Of a DNA stretch of 64,000 bases, positions 1-15,271 are shown piece by piece. The position numbers and the translations under genes were made by a program. Under the pieces are notes generated by a model. That model saw nothing but the letters and a program-made list of their open reading frames with translations. It did not search any database and had not been told where the DNA came from. Location of the stretch: assembly GCF_009914755.1 (NCBI RefSeq), contig NC_060929.1; one strand, given 5' to 3'. The DNA is from the human T2T-CHM13v2.0 reference genome, Homo sapiens. Positions within the stretch are counted from its first letter, which is position 1; each line of letters begins with the position of its first letter.

Positions 1-108
1 ATAGTCTGATTCATTTGATTTGGGGCAGGATCTAAAATCTGTATTTTTCACCACCTTCCACGTGATACTGCTGCTACTGGTCCACAAACCACATTTTAAA
101 TTACAAGG
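1..108. mobile_element. MER5A-like hAT DNA transposon fragment
   Basis: Resembles the MER5A end (ctgattca...tctgtattttt...gctgctactggtccacaaaccacatttt). Confidence 0.55.
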
Positions 109-204
109 TTCTATATAACTGCAATTAATATGCTTTACCAACAGAAATAAAGGGAGCAAGGTGAGTGGTGTGTGTACCTTCTATTCCAAATCAGAATAAT
201 AATA

Positions 205-400
205 ATATCCATCATTCTTGAGGACTAAGAATTAGACACTATCCAAAAGTGCTTTATGTTCATTATAGCATTTAATCCCCCAAATAATCCTGTGTAATAT
301 ATATTATTATTACTCTAGTTTACAGATTAAAAAGAATTAAATATGAGAAAAGTTAATCAATGTGCTCAGTGTTGTCCAATAAGTTATTTAGCTGTAAAAA
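205..400 (-). mobile_element. MIR
   Basis: MIR core-like text (catttaatcc...aataatcctgtg...tattattatt...tttacagat). Confidence 0.55.
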
Positions 401-448
401 CCTAGGTATTAGTCACTCTTCTATGCTACCTCGCTGACACAGAGGTCC

Positions 449-485
449 AAAGAACTTGGATCCAAAGCTTAGATCCAAGTTCTTT
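449..485. repeat. 14-bp perfect inverted repeat with 9-nt spacer
   Basis: AAAGAACTTGGATC (449-462) and GATCCAAGTTCTTT (472-485). Confidence 0.95.
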
Positions 486-2895
486 ATACCAAACTGCCTT
501 AAATCAAAAATGTAAGTATACTTTGAATAATCATTTTGTGCATCACCTCACAGTCCCATTGGATCCTATTATTTAATTTCAGCTGGAAACCCTACTCTCT
601 GCCTTATGCCATCTAGCGAGAGAAAATAAAATGAAGAAACAAATGTTATATGAACAATATCTGTTTCATTCCATGATTTGGTCACTTATAATAACAGTAT
701 CAACAGCAAACATATGTTTAATGATTGTATTGCATAAAATGCCATTGTGTTCCCTGCCTTTAATAAATGTAACCTCCCCTGTTTTTATTTTATGGTATAA
801 GACCAAGGCTTCTTTACTAAGCTTCAAATTCAGAATTTTAAAACACTATATGTGAGACCTTAGTGTTGGGTGGAGGGAGTTTCCTTGCTGCAGAATCCTT
901 AATCTAACTGGTAATTACCAAGGTTTTTCCTGGAAGCATGAAGCATAATTAAACTCAGTGAACTATGTCTAAAAGAAGGCATCTATGTGACCTGGATTTA
1001 TTCAGTAATCCAAGGGAAACTGCACTTCTAAGATATTTTTTCTTTAATGACTATTACAGATTGAAGGACTGTACTGAATTTTTAAAGGCAATCCCTTCTG
1101 CTGCCATGCTTCAGCATGTGCCCCTCAACTGTAACATGGTCACACTTTCCTTTTTGCAAAGAATACTGCCAAATTCAAATGGTTTAAGAAAGAGCTAATG
1201 GTTTTGTAGCCAATGTCTCTGTTTTAAGTGGCATTAGATATTCAAGGACAATCTAAAGTTCTATCAATGAAAAGGTAGTTTATTAGGAAAAATAGACACA
1301 TTTTTATGTAATTAAATAAGTTGACAAATAGCTGGTATTTACATGTTCATCCCATTCATTTAAAAACTATGTATTAATAATAGTCTGGGTATAGTCGTAA
1401 GGTATATCATTTTTTAAAAACCCATTTAAACTGTCTGTCTTTAAACTCATTAGGCTGAAAGTCACTTATAATCAGCAACATCAAATGACATATTTAAGCC
1501 AAAATAAGTACTATGATAGAATTAGTACACTGTATGTGTTACGCATTTGTGAACTTAAAATTATTGTTTTTATTGATATAGTTATTTATAAAGTCGACAC
1601 ACTAGTCTCCCAATCCGCACATCAAAATACATCTTAGGCATTCTGTTGATATACTGAACAAAACTCTGAGAAAAAGAAGGAAAGAAAATATAATAAAAAT
1701 GTTCAGACACTTAAACCTAGGCCCATTTCAATTTTCCTATGGAATGTTAACTCTGCATTACCTATCATTACGACTACCTTGATGCAGGTAAAATACTAAA
1801 TAAAGTTCTTCAATAATTTATCATAATTTTAAAATTTGGGTACATATGTTTTTTAATGTATCATATTATATTATATAGATTGTTTCCATAGATCCTCAGA
1901 TCCATAGAAGTGATATATTCCATGGGATTGCTTGACACATTTTCTAAAAATAGATGTATAAAGAAATATATATATATACTCATTAACTCTTTCATTAAAA
2001 TATGTGTGTATGTGGGGGAGGGGGGTGGGTGTATTTATGTATAATTGGCCACACTATCCAATTCTGAGCCTGGCACTGGGAACCAGTAGAGAACAAAACA
2101 GACATGGTCCCTGCATATAGTTCAGTCCAACGTGTAGCCCCATATTCAGTCGTTTTCATGTATTTTTATGGTTTATTGAACTATTTATATATATATATGT
2201 GCATAACTGTACAATTATTAATATTAAAAGTTCATGTAACATAAATTTAACTTCAAAGAAAACAATATATACTACAAGTGGAAAATCAGTAACCTTGCTT
2301 GCTACAATTAAAGGTTAACTGTAAGCATACCTGGAGTGAAATTCTTGTCCTCCAGTTTGCTTAGAAATTCTCTGCCCTTATGAAGTTCAGTGATCCCCAA
2401 AGTCATCTATCTATCTTCCTCTTTTGACTCAGCAACTTCCTGTCCATCTTTTCTTTTCTCTACATTTGGCATTAGATTGTGGGTCACACCTTGATATATG
2501 ATAGAACACATACTCCTGCCGCCACTTTTGCCCACCTCCAACTAAAGTCATCTTATACATTTACTATGCTTTGGGAAACTGTCTAGTCCATCAAATTGAA
2601 AGAAAATGATCTAGTATGTCTGACCTCACTCAAATGAGCTTTTCTTAAGATGTTTTTAGCATGAAGGTAAGTACGAAGCTCCAGTCTTTTCAAAAGCATG
2701 GCAATATCTACATTTAAGAATAATGTCACGTTTCTAGTGTGCATTAAGAGAAGGGTATGTCCACAACAGCAACAACAACAACAAAATGCACACAACACAA
2801 TGAGCATTTTAAGTATCAATATTGTTAATTTTATGCTTTACATTGCACGTGCTCTAGTTTGACCCATCTGCCTTGATCATTTTTGTATACTATAG

Positions 2896-3049
2896 GTGCT
2901 CCTGTTTCAGGATCAGAATTATGGTCTTCACTATGAATACACTATCCCATCAGACCCTCTTCCAGAAAACCAGAGCTCTAAAGCACCTGAGCCCCTCTTC
3001 ATGTGGACACACACAAGCTGGGAAGATTGCGATGCCACTTGTGGAGGAG
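2896..3049 (+). CDS. ADAMTS19: ADAMTS19 internal exon (spacer end, start of TSR: [15 protein letters not shown]...[10 protein letters not shown])
   Basis: AG acceptor at 2894-2895 and GT donor at 3050. 154 nt, phase 0 to 1. Contains the TSR motif WxxCxxTCGG and joins in frame to the exon at 13496. Confidence 0.95.
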
Positions 3050-3122
3050 GTGAAGGATTTTTAAACATTTATCTTTCCAAAACATCAGTTGTTTTCTGAT
3101 TAAGCATTGATAATTAAGACAT

Positions 3123-3459
3123 ATCCAAAATCCCTAATCTGCAATTCCAAAATCCATAAAGAGTTAGAAATGGAAAGTTTTATATGATATGTTTAGTGGC
3201 TAAACACCTGAAATACTTAGAATGGAAGAACAGCTATTTAGGATTGTTAACATATCTCAATATGACTACTCTTTGCATTACATTACATTACATTACATTA
3301 CATTACATTACATTACATAAGTATTAATATATTTGTTTACAGGGGCCTCCCCAGACACCATTCAGGTTGTTAGGTACTATTTATGCACTGTGTTATTTCT
3401 ATGAAATCTTAAAAGTTCTAAATTCCAAAGTACACCTGCCCACAAGAATTACAGACCTG
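3123..3459 (-). mobile_element. MER46C-like (Tigger family) element
   Basis: Ends resemble MER46C termini (aatccctaatctgcaattccaaaatcc ... gacctg), with internal ccccagacaccatt. Confidence 0.6.
3276..3315 (+). repeat. (CATTA)8 pentanucleotide microsatellite
   Basis: Read directly. Confidence 0.95.
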
Positions 3460-3481
3460 AATTGAATATAAGAATTATTTG

Positions 3482-5560
<2,079 letters not shown>

Positions 5561-8203
5561 TAAGGAATTCACTTTGTGCCCCAAGGATAAAAAGTGGTTA
5601 CAACAAAAACATTTCAAATCGCTCTCTCAATTTAAAAAAATGTTATCAGTCACCCTTGCCACAAGAAATTTTCAGTGGCCATGTTTCTCTTCCTGGGCCC
5701 TAATACTGCCCTATGACTTGAGCTCTTCTATCCTCCCATCCTCTCCTGCTGATGCTCCCATATGCACCCAAATTCGCAAATTCCTGTTCCTCTGCTCCAC
5801 TCATCCTACACTGATGCCAGGGGCTCATCTTTCTTAAGGGGCTGTACTTCACCTTCTCTACCCAAATAAAAAACAAAGGCACAAAATAGAAGCAAACACA
5901 TTCACAACAAAAATATAGTTATATTTTTCTCTTTAACATAGCTCAGATAAGATTCTTAGTCATATCTGCAATCCTACCAACAAGCGCCCATCTTGTGGTT
6001 GGGGGGCAGGCAATGGAGGAGTAAAGTGATGGACAGACAGGCTGATGGTTCACCTTATACCACTGAAACGCAGTTGTTAAAATCCATTTACATTTAAAAC
6101 TCTAGACAGGAAAATGTTTGCCCAGTAAATGTTTTTATTCTCATTTTTTCCTCCTTCTGCCATTTTTATCTAATAGAAGCTGCATCAGAAGGAGTTAAAC
6201 ATACAGAACTTGTCAGTCTTCAATTTTAAAAAGCAAATTGTCTAGGATCAACATTCTTCCCCAAATTACATTAATTACTTCCTAAAATATGTTCTTCCAA
6301 TTGCTAAGCATCAAGGAATAGAGGTTGACTATAAATTTTTTTTGTTTCAGGGTCAGGAGAAATATTATCTATTCTTAAACATAACTTCTTAATTATCAAC
6401 ATGAGAAAATTGAAGGGCTTAGAGGTTAAGTGACTTCCCAAGGTTGCATGGCCCATTTGGGTAGAGCCAGGATTAGAATCAATGACTCAGGGGTTCAAGT
6501 CTTCTTTCCTGCTCATCATACTGCCTTCATGAATGGCTCAGGAGGCTTCATGTAGTTTATTTCCACAAAATACAGCATGTCTTCTAGAGATTATTTAGGT
6601 TTTCTTTGGATACAAATGGACGTTTTATTATATTCTGTTATGTAAGAATTTAGATATGCTTTTATTTTTACTTCAAATGGCTGATTTTATAAAACAGTCA
6701 TTCTAATAATACACAACTCCTATATGATTTGTGCTTGAATAGATCTCCTCTTCCAACTCTGCTCCATTGTGTTTAGTCAACAGTTTTCGATTATCTCTAT
6801 GTTAATGGGGTGCATATTCATTTCAATGCCAAAATATTTCTGGGCTTTTGGATATTATTTTCCTTTGCAGTTCATAAATAAAGTGGATGGACAGAATTTC
6901 AAGGATCGCATCATTTCTGACTTCATATCATCGATTTTATAGCCAGAAAGAGCTTTCTAATCTTTCAGCATATTCATGAATTAAATGAGAGTAAGTTCAA
7001 AGCACAGAATATTGGAAACAGATTCATGCAAAATTTATCTTCAACAGCAAAGAGGAATAATAATAGCAGTATTCTACTTCATAAGAATATATTAAGAGCA
7101 AGTAAAGTATCACAGGGCAGTATAAAATGTGTGTATAAGATGTTATTTTTCTAATTCTGTTGTAAGATATTAAATTGCCAATACTGTAATAAGTGGGAAA
7201 ATAAACACTTAAAAGGATATGGTTATCTAGCTAATTTTTATCATAATTATATTTTACATCAGCATCTCAAACTAAGTTTTAAAATGGTAACTCAAACTAA
7301 ACTTATTTCAAATATGTATTTATTATTGTCAGTTATTATAAGATATGAAAAGCCTAAGAGATGAAAATTCTCTCTTTTAAAAGGAATATTGCCTTAAAAT
7401 CTCTGATGAAGGCTGATCATCTCAGGTAAATTTTTTCAACAGTTTAACATACATATATAAGTTATCACACTTTCCGTCACAGTCTTTTGAGTCTAATGAT
7501 AATTCTAGAAATATTTGAATTGACATATCATTTTGTATTTTAACATCAGTCATTAAAACTAGTTCTTTTATTTTCAAACAGCTTGAAATGTTTTTGTGAA
7601 AGAAATGTTCACTTTGCGTTAGAGTTCTAAAACATCTTAAAATATTTGGAGGAATGGTTTAAATTTATTTTGGCATCTCAGAAGTGTGGATCAGTTTGCT
7701 ACAAGGTTCCTTTTGACATTGAAGACCTGTTTTAAGTGATCTTAGTCTCCAGAGGCATTATAAATATATTACTCCAAAATATCTGAGGATTGTGTATGGA
7801 ATCAGCATTAACTGCATAACTTTAAGATTTGTTTTGATCTAGTGAATAGATTACTGAAATAAAATAGAATGAGGACCCCAAAATTCAATAACCCCTTATG
7901 AAACACATGAAGAGTTAAACATGCTTTTAGGAAATCCTAAGCAGATCTACTTTGAAGGAAAAAAAATAAGCCAACATTCCACATTCTTCACACCAGTCCA
8001 AGTCTGTCTAGCTTATGACTGTCCTGGGATCCTCTAGACACTGCTTCCCTTGTCCATATCCAGATCATAAGTAGATATCCAAGCCTTTGGGTCCAAGTTG
8101 AGGAAAACATTTCAGTATTCAAAAGCCTATACCTTTTAAAACCCTCTAGAATATATTTAACAGGAAAGAACATCTATAAGGGTGTGATTTGTTCTGTTTT
8201 TAC

Positions 8204-8623
<420 letters not shown>

Positions 8624-8859
8624 TGATATTATTTCATTTATTAATAAAAACATCTTATATTGACAGAAACTATTCATAACCTTGATTTTTAATACCTAAG
8701 CGATAATCCATGAACTGGATTTGCCATAAGAAGAACTGGATTCCTGATAATTTGTCATTTAGTTTGCAAATGATTTTGTCACCATTTTAGAAAACATAGT
8801 ATTGAGATGAACCTCTTAGTATAGAAAGCACTGACAGCTTGAATTACATGCTTATATTT

Positions 8860-9260
8860 CACTCATTCATTCCTTTACCAGTATTGACCATGCATCCACT
8901 ATTGCTAGGTGGTCCAAAGATGAATATGTCTTGCTTTCAGAGAACTCACAGTCCATCTAGTGGAAGTCAGATAATAATAAAATCACCTTACTCAGTGATA
9001 AAGGAAGATATAGAAAGCCTTCCAAGGATATACCTCGGTGCAAAGGCACCCACGTGCCAGGTGGAAGGCTTTCTTGGAAGTGAAAATGTTATTACTATAG
9101 TGTAAAGTATGAGGATTGGTGGGTGGGAAGTGATTTGATCAGAAAAGTAGGATGAAAGCCAATTCATGAAGGTCCTTGAGTGTTATGCTAACAGTTAAAT
9201 TTAACTTGACAGCTATGTGATCTCATTAAAATATTTGCATGCATATAAATGGCAAGATCA
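8860..9260 (-). mobile_element. L2 3' fragment
   Basis: Starts with the antisense L2 tail (cactcattcattc...tattga). Confidence 0.55.
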
Positions 9261-12200
9261 GATTAGTTATATATTAGGTGTTGTGAACAAAGCAAAGTAA
9301 ATTATTTTCATTAAAATAAAAAAATGAACTAGTCATTTTAACACTCAGACAATATCCTTAGGGAATAATATTTTTTAATGTAAAAAAAGGATAAAAAGTA
9401 AATGGCATGACATGATTTTGAAAGTCGTTTAAGTTAAATAAATGTAGGTGTAAAAAATAATCAGCATTTTACAAAGATCTAGGAAGCGCTCAGAGAAAAG
9501 TCCTTCATCCTCATTAAAGTATATTTACTTTTGGTTCTCATGCTTACTGGCCATTGTTAATCCAAAAGAAAATTAATAAGTAGAAATTTTAAAAGAAAAT
9601 TATAAAAATTATAAAGAAATTTACAAACACACACAGGCATACCCACACACATAGTCTCTGTCTTACAGAGTTCTATAATTTAATTTAAAATTTTAGAATG
9701 TTAAATAATGTATAGAAAATTTCAGTTATGCATATTGAAACACTGAACCCACAACCAAGAATATGTTTCAGCATTTACAATGCAAGTTCTAGTAATGTGA
9801 GGTACCTCAATAGAATTTAGTTTTATTTTGAAATATCCATTTTATGGGTTAAATACAGAGCATATATTTTATAGTAAAAAGTGTCAGCTTATCTGTGAAA
9901 CTGGAAAAGGCGGCTCACTTAATATAATGTCTAGTCTTTGTTAAATTTCCAAAGCACAAAGAGTTAGTAAATAAAAGTTACCCTTCATTTTCAGATATTG
10001 CAATTCAATAGAGATGAATGCATAATGGTTATTTTATTTTATTTATAATTGTATTCAAAACATCCAGATTTCCCCAAGACTAATTTAATGGGAATGACCA
10101 AGAGGTGAAGTTAATCACCATAAAGCAAGTAATACTCTGTCAACAGCCTACAGCTGTCATAATTCAGGCAGAAGGTCAGTTATTTCATCACTTTCTGTTT
10201 GTCCCTATGTGCCACAGTATTGGATGCATTGTAGATACTGCTATTAGATGCTAGAATGGAAATTTCCTGTGTTGGCTGGGACATTTAAATATATAAAAGA
10301 AAAACTCAAACAATAACATTTCCATATGGCTTTAAGATCTTAGTTGTATTTTCATAGGTGTAATACGTCTGTAGCTGAGCAATGAGTTTTTTTCTAATTC
10401 TATTGTTTTTGTTCAATGAAATTTTTAAAAAGAGCTAAGCTTCCCCTAGCTGCCAAACCTTACAATATAGGAGTCCTTTCTTACAATGTAAATGGAAATG
10501 TCTCAATTCATACTCATGCACCTTCATACTTTCTTAGAAAACTACTAACATGTCCCTAAAATGATGCCGATACCTATATCCCTTTTGATATAACAATACT
10601 TATAGTTAAAAATTTCTTTTTCAGTATCTCAGTACGTAAGCAGTAGGTGAATATAACTAAGGTTAAATATTTTCTGAGGATGGGGAAAAAAGCATTATAA
10701 TCAGCCTTGGGTTATTTATTCTGTGACTATATATATGTTCAGCAAAAGCTTTCTGGATAACGCCCATCATCTTTTTGTGTTGCAGTTGGCAAAATGTCAT
10801 CATTTAAATGAATTTAGGCAACTGCATCTATTCTGTAAGTGTCAAGGCTTCAAGTTAAATTTTAGAACTAACATTTATACTTCATAAAAGTAGTATTTAT
10901 TTTAATCCTGCTTTTGGCTATCGCATCATAATAATGTAGAAATAATACCTAAGCTAGCATTATACAAAATCTGCATAATATCTATTTGATATATATACTT
11001 CAGGTCATAAAAGAGCCCCTGAAGCATAGGAAGCTAAGAGGAAGCTGACCAAAAATCTGTCCCAAAATTTTACATTTAGGTAAATCTTACCTCGTGATGC
11101 CTGTTTTCTCCATGTGAAAAAAAAAAGAGCATAATGTCATTTCTGCTTCTCTAGCAGTTTATTTGAAAATTATTTGAAGTTGTTGGGTTTTGAGCACTGC
11201 TGTGATTAAGTCTGAATCTACACTTATCCTTCTTGACCTACCAAGGAATAGCATGGACAGCTTCTAAGTATCTGCCAGAGACGTGAAAGACTGCCTTTCC
11301 TCTGCAAGTTAGCATTAGGTCACCTTGTTGCATGAGCTGCAAAGGTTCACTCAAGAGGACCTCAGAGGGTGTAGTTTCCACATTCAGGCAGTTTCTGCAC
11401 TGCATAAAGTCTTCAGCCAAGGGGACTGCAATCCAGTCCATGTTCCATTTGCCAAGCCATGCAGCCTGCTGTGGGGCCACCTCTATGTGGAGGATGAGTA
11501 CTGTTTTCTAATTCATCTGCCTATAGGCCATGATTTTTTCCTAATCCACTTTTTAACCTGTGGTTGGATGCCATCTCAAGGCCCTCCCCATTGCTGGCCC
11601 ACCAGTGTACACTTCTGGAATGCCATAGGGTACTGGTAGGAGGCACACCTCATTCCACTCAAAGGAAAGGGCCTGTTACCTGCCTGACACTCTTGCCTAT
11701 ATGGAGCTCCCATAGAATAAGTTGCATTCCATCAGTACTCCAAGATTTCCTAAAAAGGAAATAACTTAGCCAACATTGTGTTATCACTGTTGATTGAACT
11801 AAAGGTCCAAATGGTTTTAATAACATTATATGCAATAACCACAGAATTATTATTTAATTTACACATGTATACAAATGCAGTTATGTTTTTATACTACAAA
11901 TTGCGGTAGGACTATGCTCAGAGCTATTGAGAGGAAATCAAGGAAAGACTCTGAACCTAAAGCTATTTTTTGCTGTTTACTTAGCCAACCAGTTGCCTCT
12001 TACCATCTCCCATTCAAACTAAAGTAAAATGTACTCCAAAATTATTCAAACTGCCTCTCTGTCTACATCCCTTCCTTCCTCATTCTTGATGCCAGCTGCT
12101 CTTTCTGTTAATTGAGTGGCAGAATGACCTCCCTGCCACCAGCCCAGCTTTTCTTGTTTGTCATTACCAGCATGAATTCTCTAAGCTTCCATGTCAGTCA

Positions 12201-13086
12201 TAGTACCCTAACTAATGGGCCTTTCAATAGTGAACCAGCAGACTTGTGATGTCTTCTTACTTCTTCATGATCAATCTGGCGTCAAAATTTTGGGCTGATT
12301 TAACTGTCTTATAGTGTCAAACAATGGATTAAATAAGATTATTAAATATTATACAGATGTGTATCTTTTTCTACTCACAAGAAATCTGTATATAAGACTT
12401 TTTCAAAGAGAAGCAGAAATTAGCACATACTTACTAGACATTTTAATTGTAAGATGAATAATATAACTCCTGTAAAGGAAGTGTGCTTACAGGGCTGTGT
12501 AAGCAAAAGGAATACAGCATATAAATTGTCATGTTTACATCCTATAATCAAATTTTATCATAGTAGAGAAAGTAGAAAAGCCAAGTTTTCTGAAATCTGG
12601 TAAAAGATGGTAAGAGTCCCATTTCTTTTCTTACAGATGATGACAATCATTTGGGTAAAGATTTCTAGAATTCTTGGGGTCTTTATTAGAGGTGATAAGA
12701 ATAAAGGTTTGAGTTATACTCAAAACAAATGTGCTTTCCATAACTTATTATAAAGCACTAATGATGTACAAACCAAATGATAAAATGTGCACACATGTTT
12801 ATGTGCTTTCAGAAAGGCTCATTAGGGAGATTAACTTTATGGAAATAGAGCTTTCCACCACTTAATGCTAAAAGATGGCCACAATCCTTTACAATGTCTT
12901 CAGTTTGTATCTTGCTAATTTATGTTGCCATGATCACTTTGTATATAAAACTTGCCATTTAATTTGTAACAGGGAATATTTATTACTCATCCCTTTTAAG
13001 CCTAGAGGTACATTTTGTTATGTAAATTATAAATAATATCTTCATTGTTCTAAAATTTGTTTAAAATATCTTTGAAAAGTATAATA

Positions 13087-13410
13087 ACATGTAACAAACC
13101 TGCAGGTGTACCCTCTGAATCTAAAATAAAAGTTGATGGAAGAAATAAGACCTGGTGTTCAATAAATCAATTGAGTGACTATAGTTAACATTAATAGATT
13201 GTACATTTCAAAATAACTAGAAGAGAATAATTCACATGTTCCTAGCATAAAGATAAATATTTAAATGATGAATATCCAACTTACCCTGATTTTATTATCT
13301 GAATATATCAAATTATCACATATACCCTGAAAATGTATACATCTAATATGAATCAATAAAATTTAATAAAATAAAAATTTAAATTATAAAAAAGTTTTTT
13401 AAATAAAAAA
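13087..13410 (+). mobile_element. L1MA-type 3' end
   Basis: L1M 3'UTR text (gtgactatagttaac...atttcaaaataactagaagag...aatcaataaaa) followed by an A-rich tail. Confidence 0.75.
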
Positions 13411-13495
13411 TAAGCATAATAAGCTTATGAACACCTCCTAAATCCATTACATAAAGGCTTATAATAATATTTCTTTGTTTATTTGTTCTTTTCAG

Positions 13496-13631
13496 GAGAA
13501 AGGAAGACAACAGTGTCCTGCACAAAAATCATGAGCAAAAATATCAGCATTGTGGACAATGAGAAATGCAAATACTTAACCAAGCCAGAGCCACAGATTC
13601 GAAAGTGCAATGAGCAACCATGTCAAACAAG
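13496..13631 (+). CDS. ADAMTS19: ADAMTS19 exon (GERKTTVSCTKIMSKNISIVDNEKCKYLTKPEPQIRKCNEQPCQTR)
   Basis: Pyrimidine tract plus ttcag acceptor, AG|gtaact donor. 136 nt, phase 1 to 2. TSR cysteine pattern. Translated by hand; absent from the ORF track. Confidence 0.95.
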
Positions 13632-14968
13632 GTAACTCTATTCCAAGGGCCCTTAAAGCATTATTTGTCCATTAGATTGCTGTCCTTTAAAACATGCTCA
13701 GAATATCATTGAAATCACATTTTCTTAAAAACATTGCCAAAGGATACGTACCAAAATTTAAAGTCTTAAATAAGCAAGATCTAAGAAAGCAAGGTAGCAA
13801 GGCCAAGATTTTCCACTTAAGGAAGGGGTATTGGGAGGGATGGTTGCTGAGGAGTAATTAAGATCACTTTTTATTTAAAATCATTTCATAACCTCTAGGT
13901 CACCTCTTCAAAAACTTTGTTATTTGGTGGAACATAGCTGTTTGCTCCTGAATTCTCCAAAACGGTGTGTTAGAATTTGCCCACAGTAACATAAACCAAA
14001 CTGGGACTGCCATGACCCAGATCCCAGCAGAGCCAGGCCAGTGTAGTGTTTCTGATTCCTCTGGCTAAATTCTCACTTCCTAGCCCAGAGTTCCAGAAGC
14101 AAACTGCCCAATCCCTGATCTCTCACCACCAACTTTGTGACCCAGGTCCCAGTTACTGTACCACAGATGCTTTGGTTTCCTCTGACACCCCCCAATGAGT
14201 ATTAGGTAACAAAGCAGGCAAGAAATTCACAAGTAGAGGACAAAACAGCAATGCTGAGCAGCTGTAAGTGGAATAGGAAGAAAGAAGCCCATGCCTTGGT
14301 TACTGGAAGTTGGGGTAAAGACAGGTGAGTGGAACCTGAGTATAATTTTGGACCAGCCTAGCAACGAGGCTACTTGGCATGGCTGCCAACACAGGGCTCC
14401 AATCTACCTGCTTTCACATAAAAATTAAGGCTTAGCTTGATTAGGACTCAGCCCTGGTGTCCAAAATCCTGAAAACTTTTAGGGATGGGGTGACAGAAAG
14501 AGTGAGGCTGGATTGATTCCTCTGAATATTGGGACAGGAATATTTACTTTGTCCTGACACTCAGGAATTTGTTGAAGCCCGGTGAGTTAGGAAAGAGTTG
14601 TAAGTTCTTAGGTAGTCAGAGCATTGATCTTCCCCTCACAAGAGCTTCTGTAATGGCTTCATGGTGAATTAACACACCCTACAATTCAGATAGGCAGATA
14701 ATGTGTCATTTTATAGCAGTTTATAACTGATATAACCGTCTTCATGGCCATCTACCACAAAGAGTAGGTATGGGGGAGGGAAGAGGGAGAGGAACAAAGT
14801 TGCTAATTAACCATATTTGAGCTTTTCTTTCTTAATCTCTTTGGGAATTAGTGTCATGCAGACGAATGGTTAGTCCTGATTTCCCTATTCACACCCCCAA
14901 GGAAAAGTCAATTACTAAAGCCCTCTAAATCTAGCCATGCTATGTTAATGAGCGCTTAAAAGAATTTG

Positions 14969-15196
14969 GGATCACCTGAGATCGGAAGTTTGAGACAAGT
15001 CTGACCAATTTGGAGAAACCCCATCTCTACTAAAAATACAAAATTAGCCAGGCATGGTAGCACATGCCTATAATCCTAGCTACTCGGGAGGCTGAGGCAG
15101 GAGAATCACTTGAACCCAGGAGGTGGAGGTTCTAGTGAGCAGAGATCATGCCATTGCACTCCTGGGAAAGAAGAGCGAAACTACATCTAAAAAAAG
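14969..15196 (+). mobile_element. 5'-truncated AluS (Sp/Sq-like)
   Basis: Alu body starting at ggatcacctgag, with TSD aaaagaatttgg. Confidence 0.9.
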
Positions 15197-15271
15197 AATT
15201 TGGAAAATACTTCATCTACGAAGTTTGAATTTCAAGGCTTGCTTTCTGTAGATTCAATATATTTTAGATAC

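Noticed and set aside
2014-2029. G-rich run as a possible G-quadruplex
   Set aside because: Only three clear G tracts in a low-complexity context.
2583-2819. ORF containing a poly-Cys run
   Set aside because: The cysteines come from a (CAA)n/(TTG)n simple repeat.
3050-3099. Read-through tails of exon ORFs (also 20369-20458 and 53887-53972) and the upstream extension 55801-55843
   Set aside because: Intronic continuation past canonical splice sites; nothing in the sequence indicates retention.
13354-13410. Sense AATAAA cluster just upstream of the exon at 13496, as an intronic poly(A) site
   Set aside because: It is an L1 tail in very AT-rich sequence where such hexamers are common, and nothing else supports its use.
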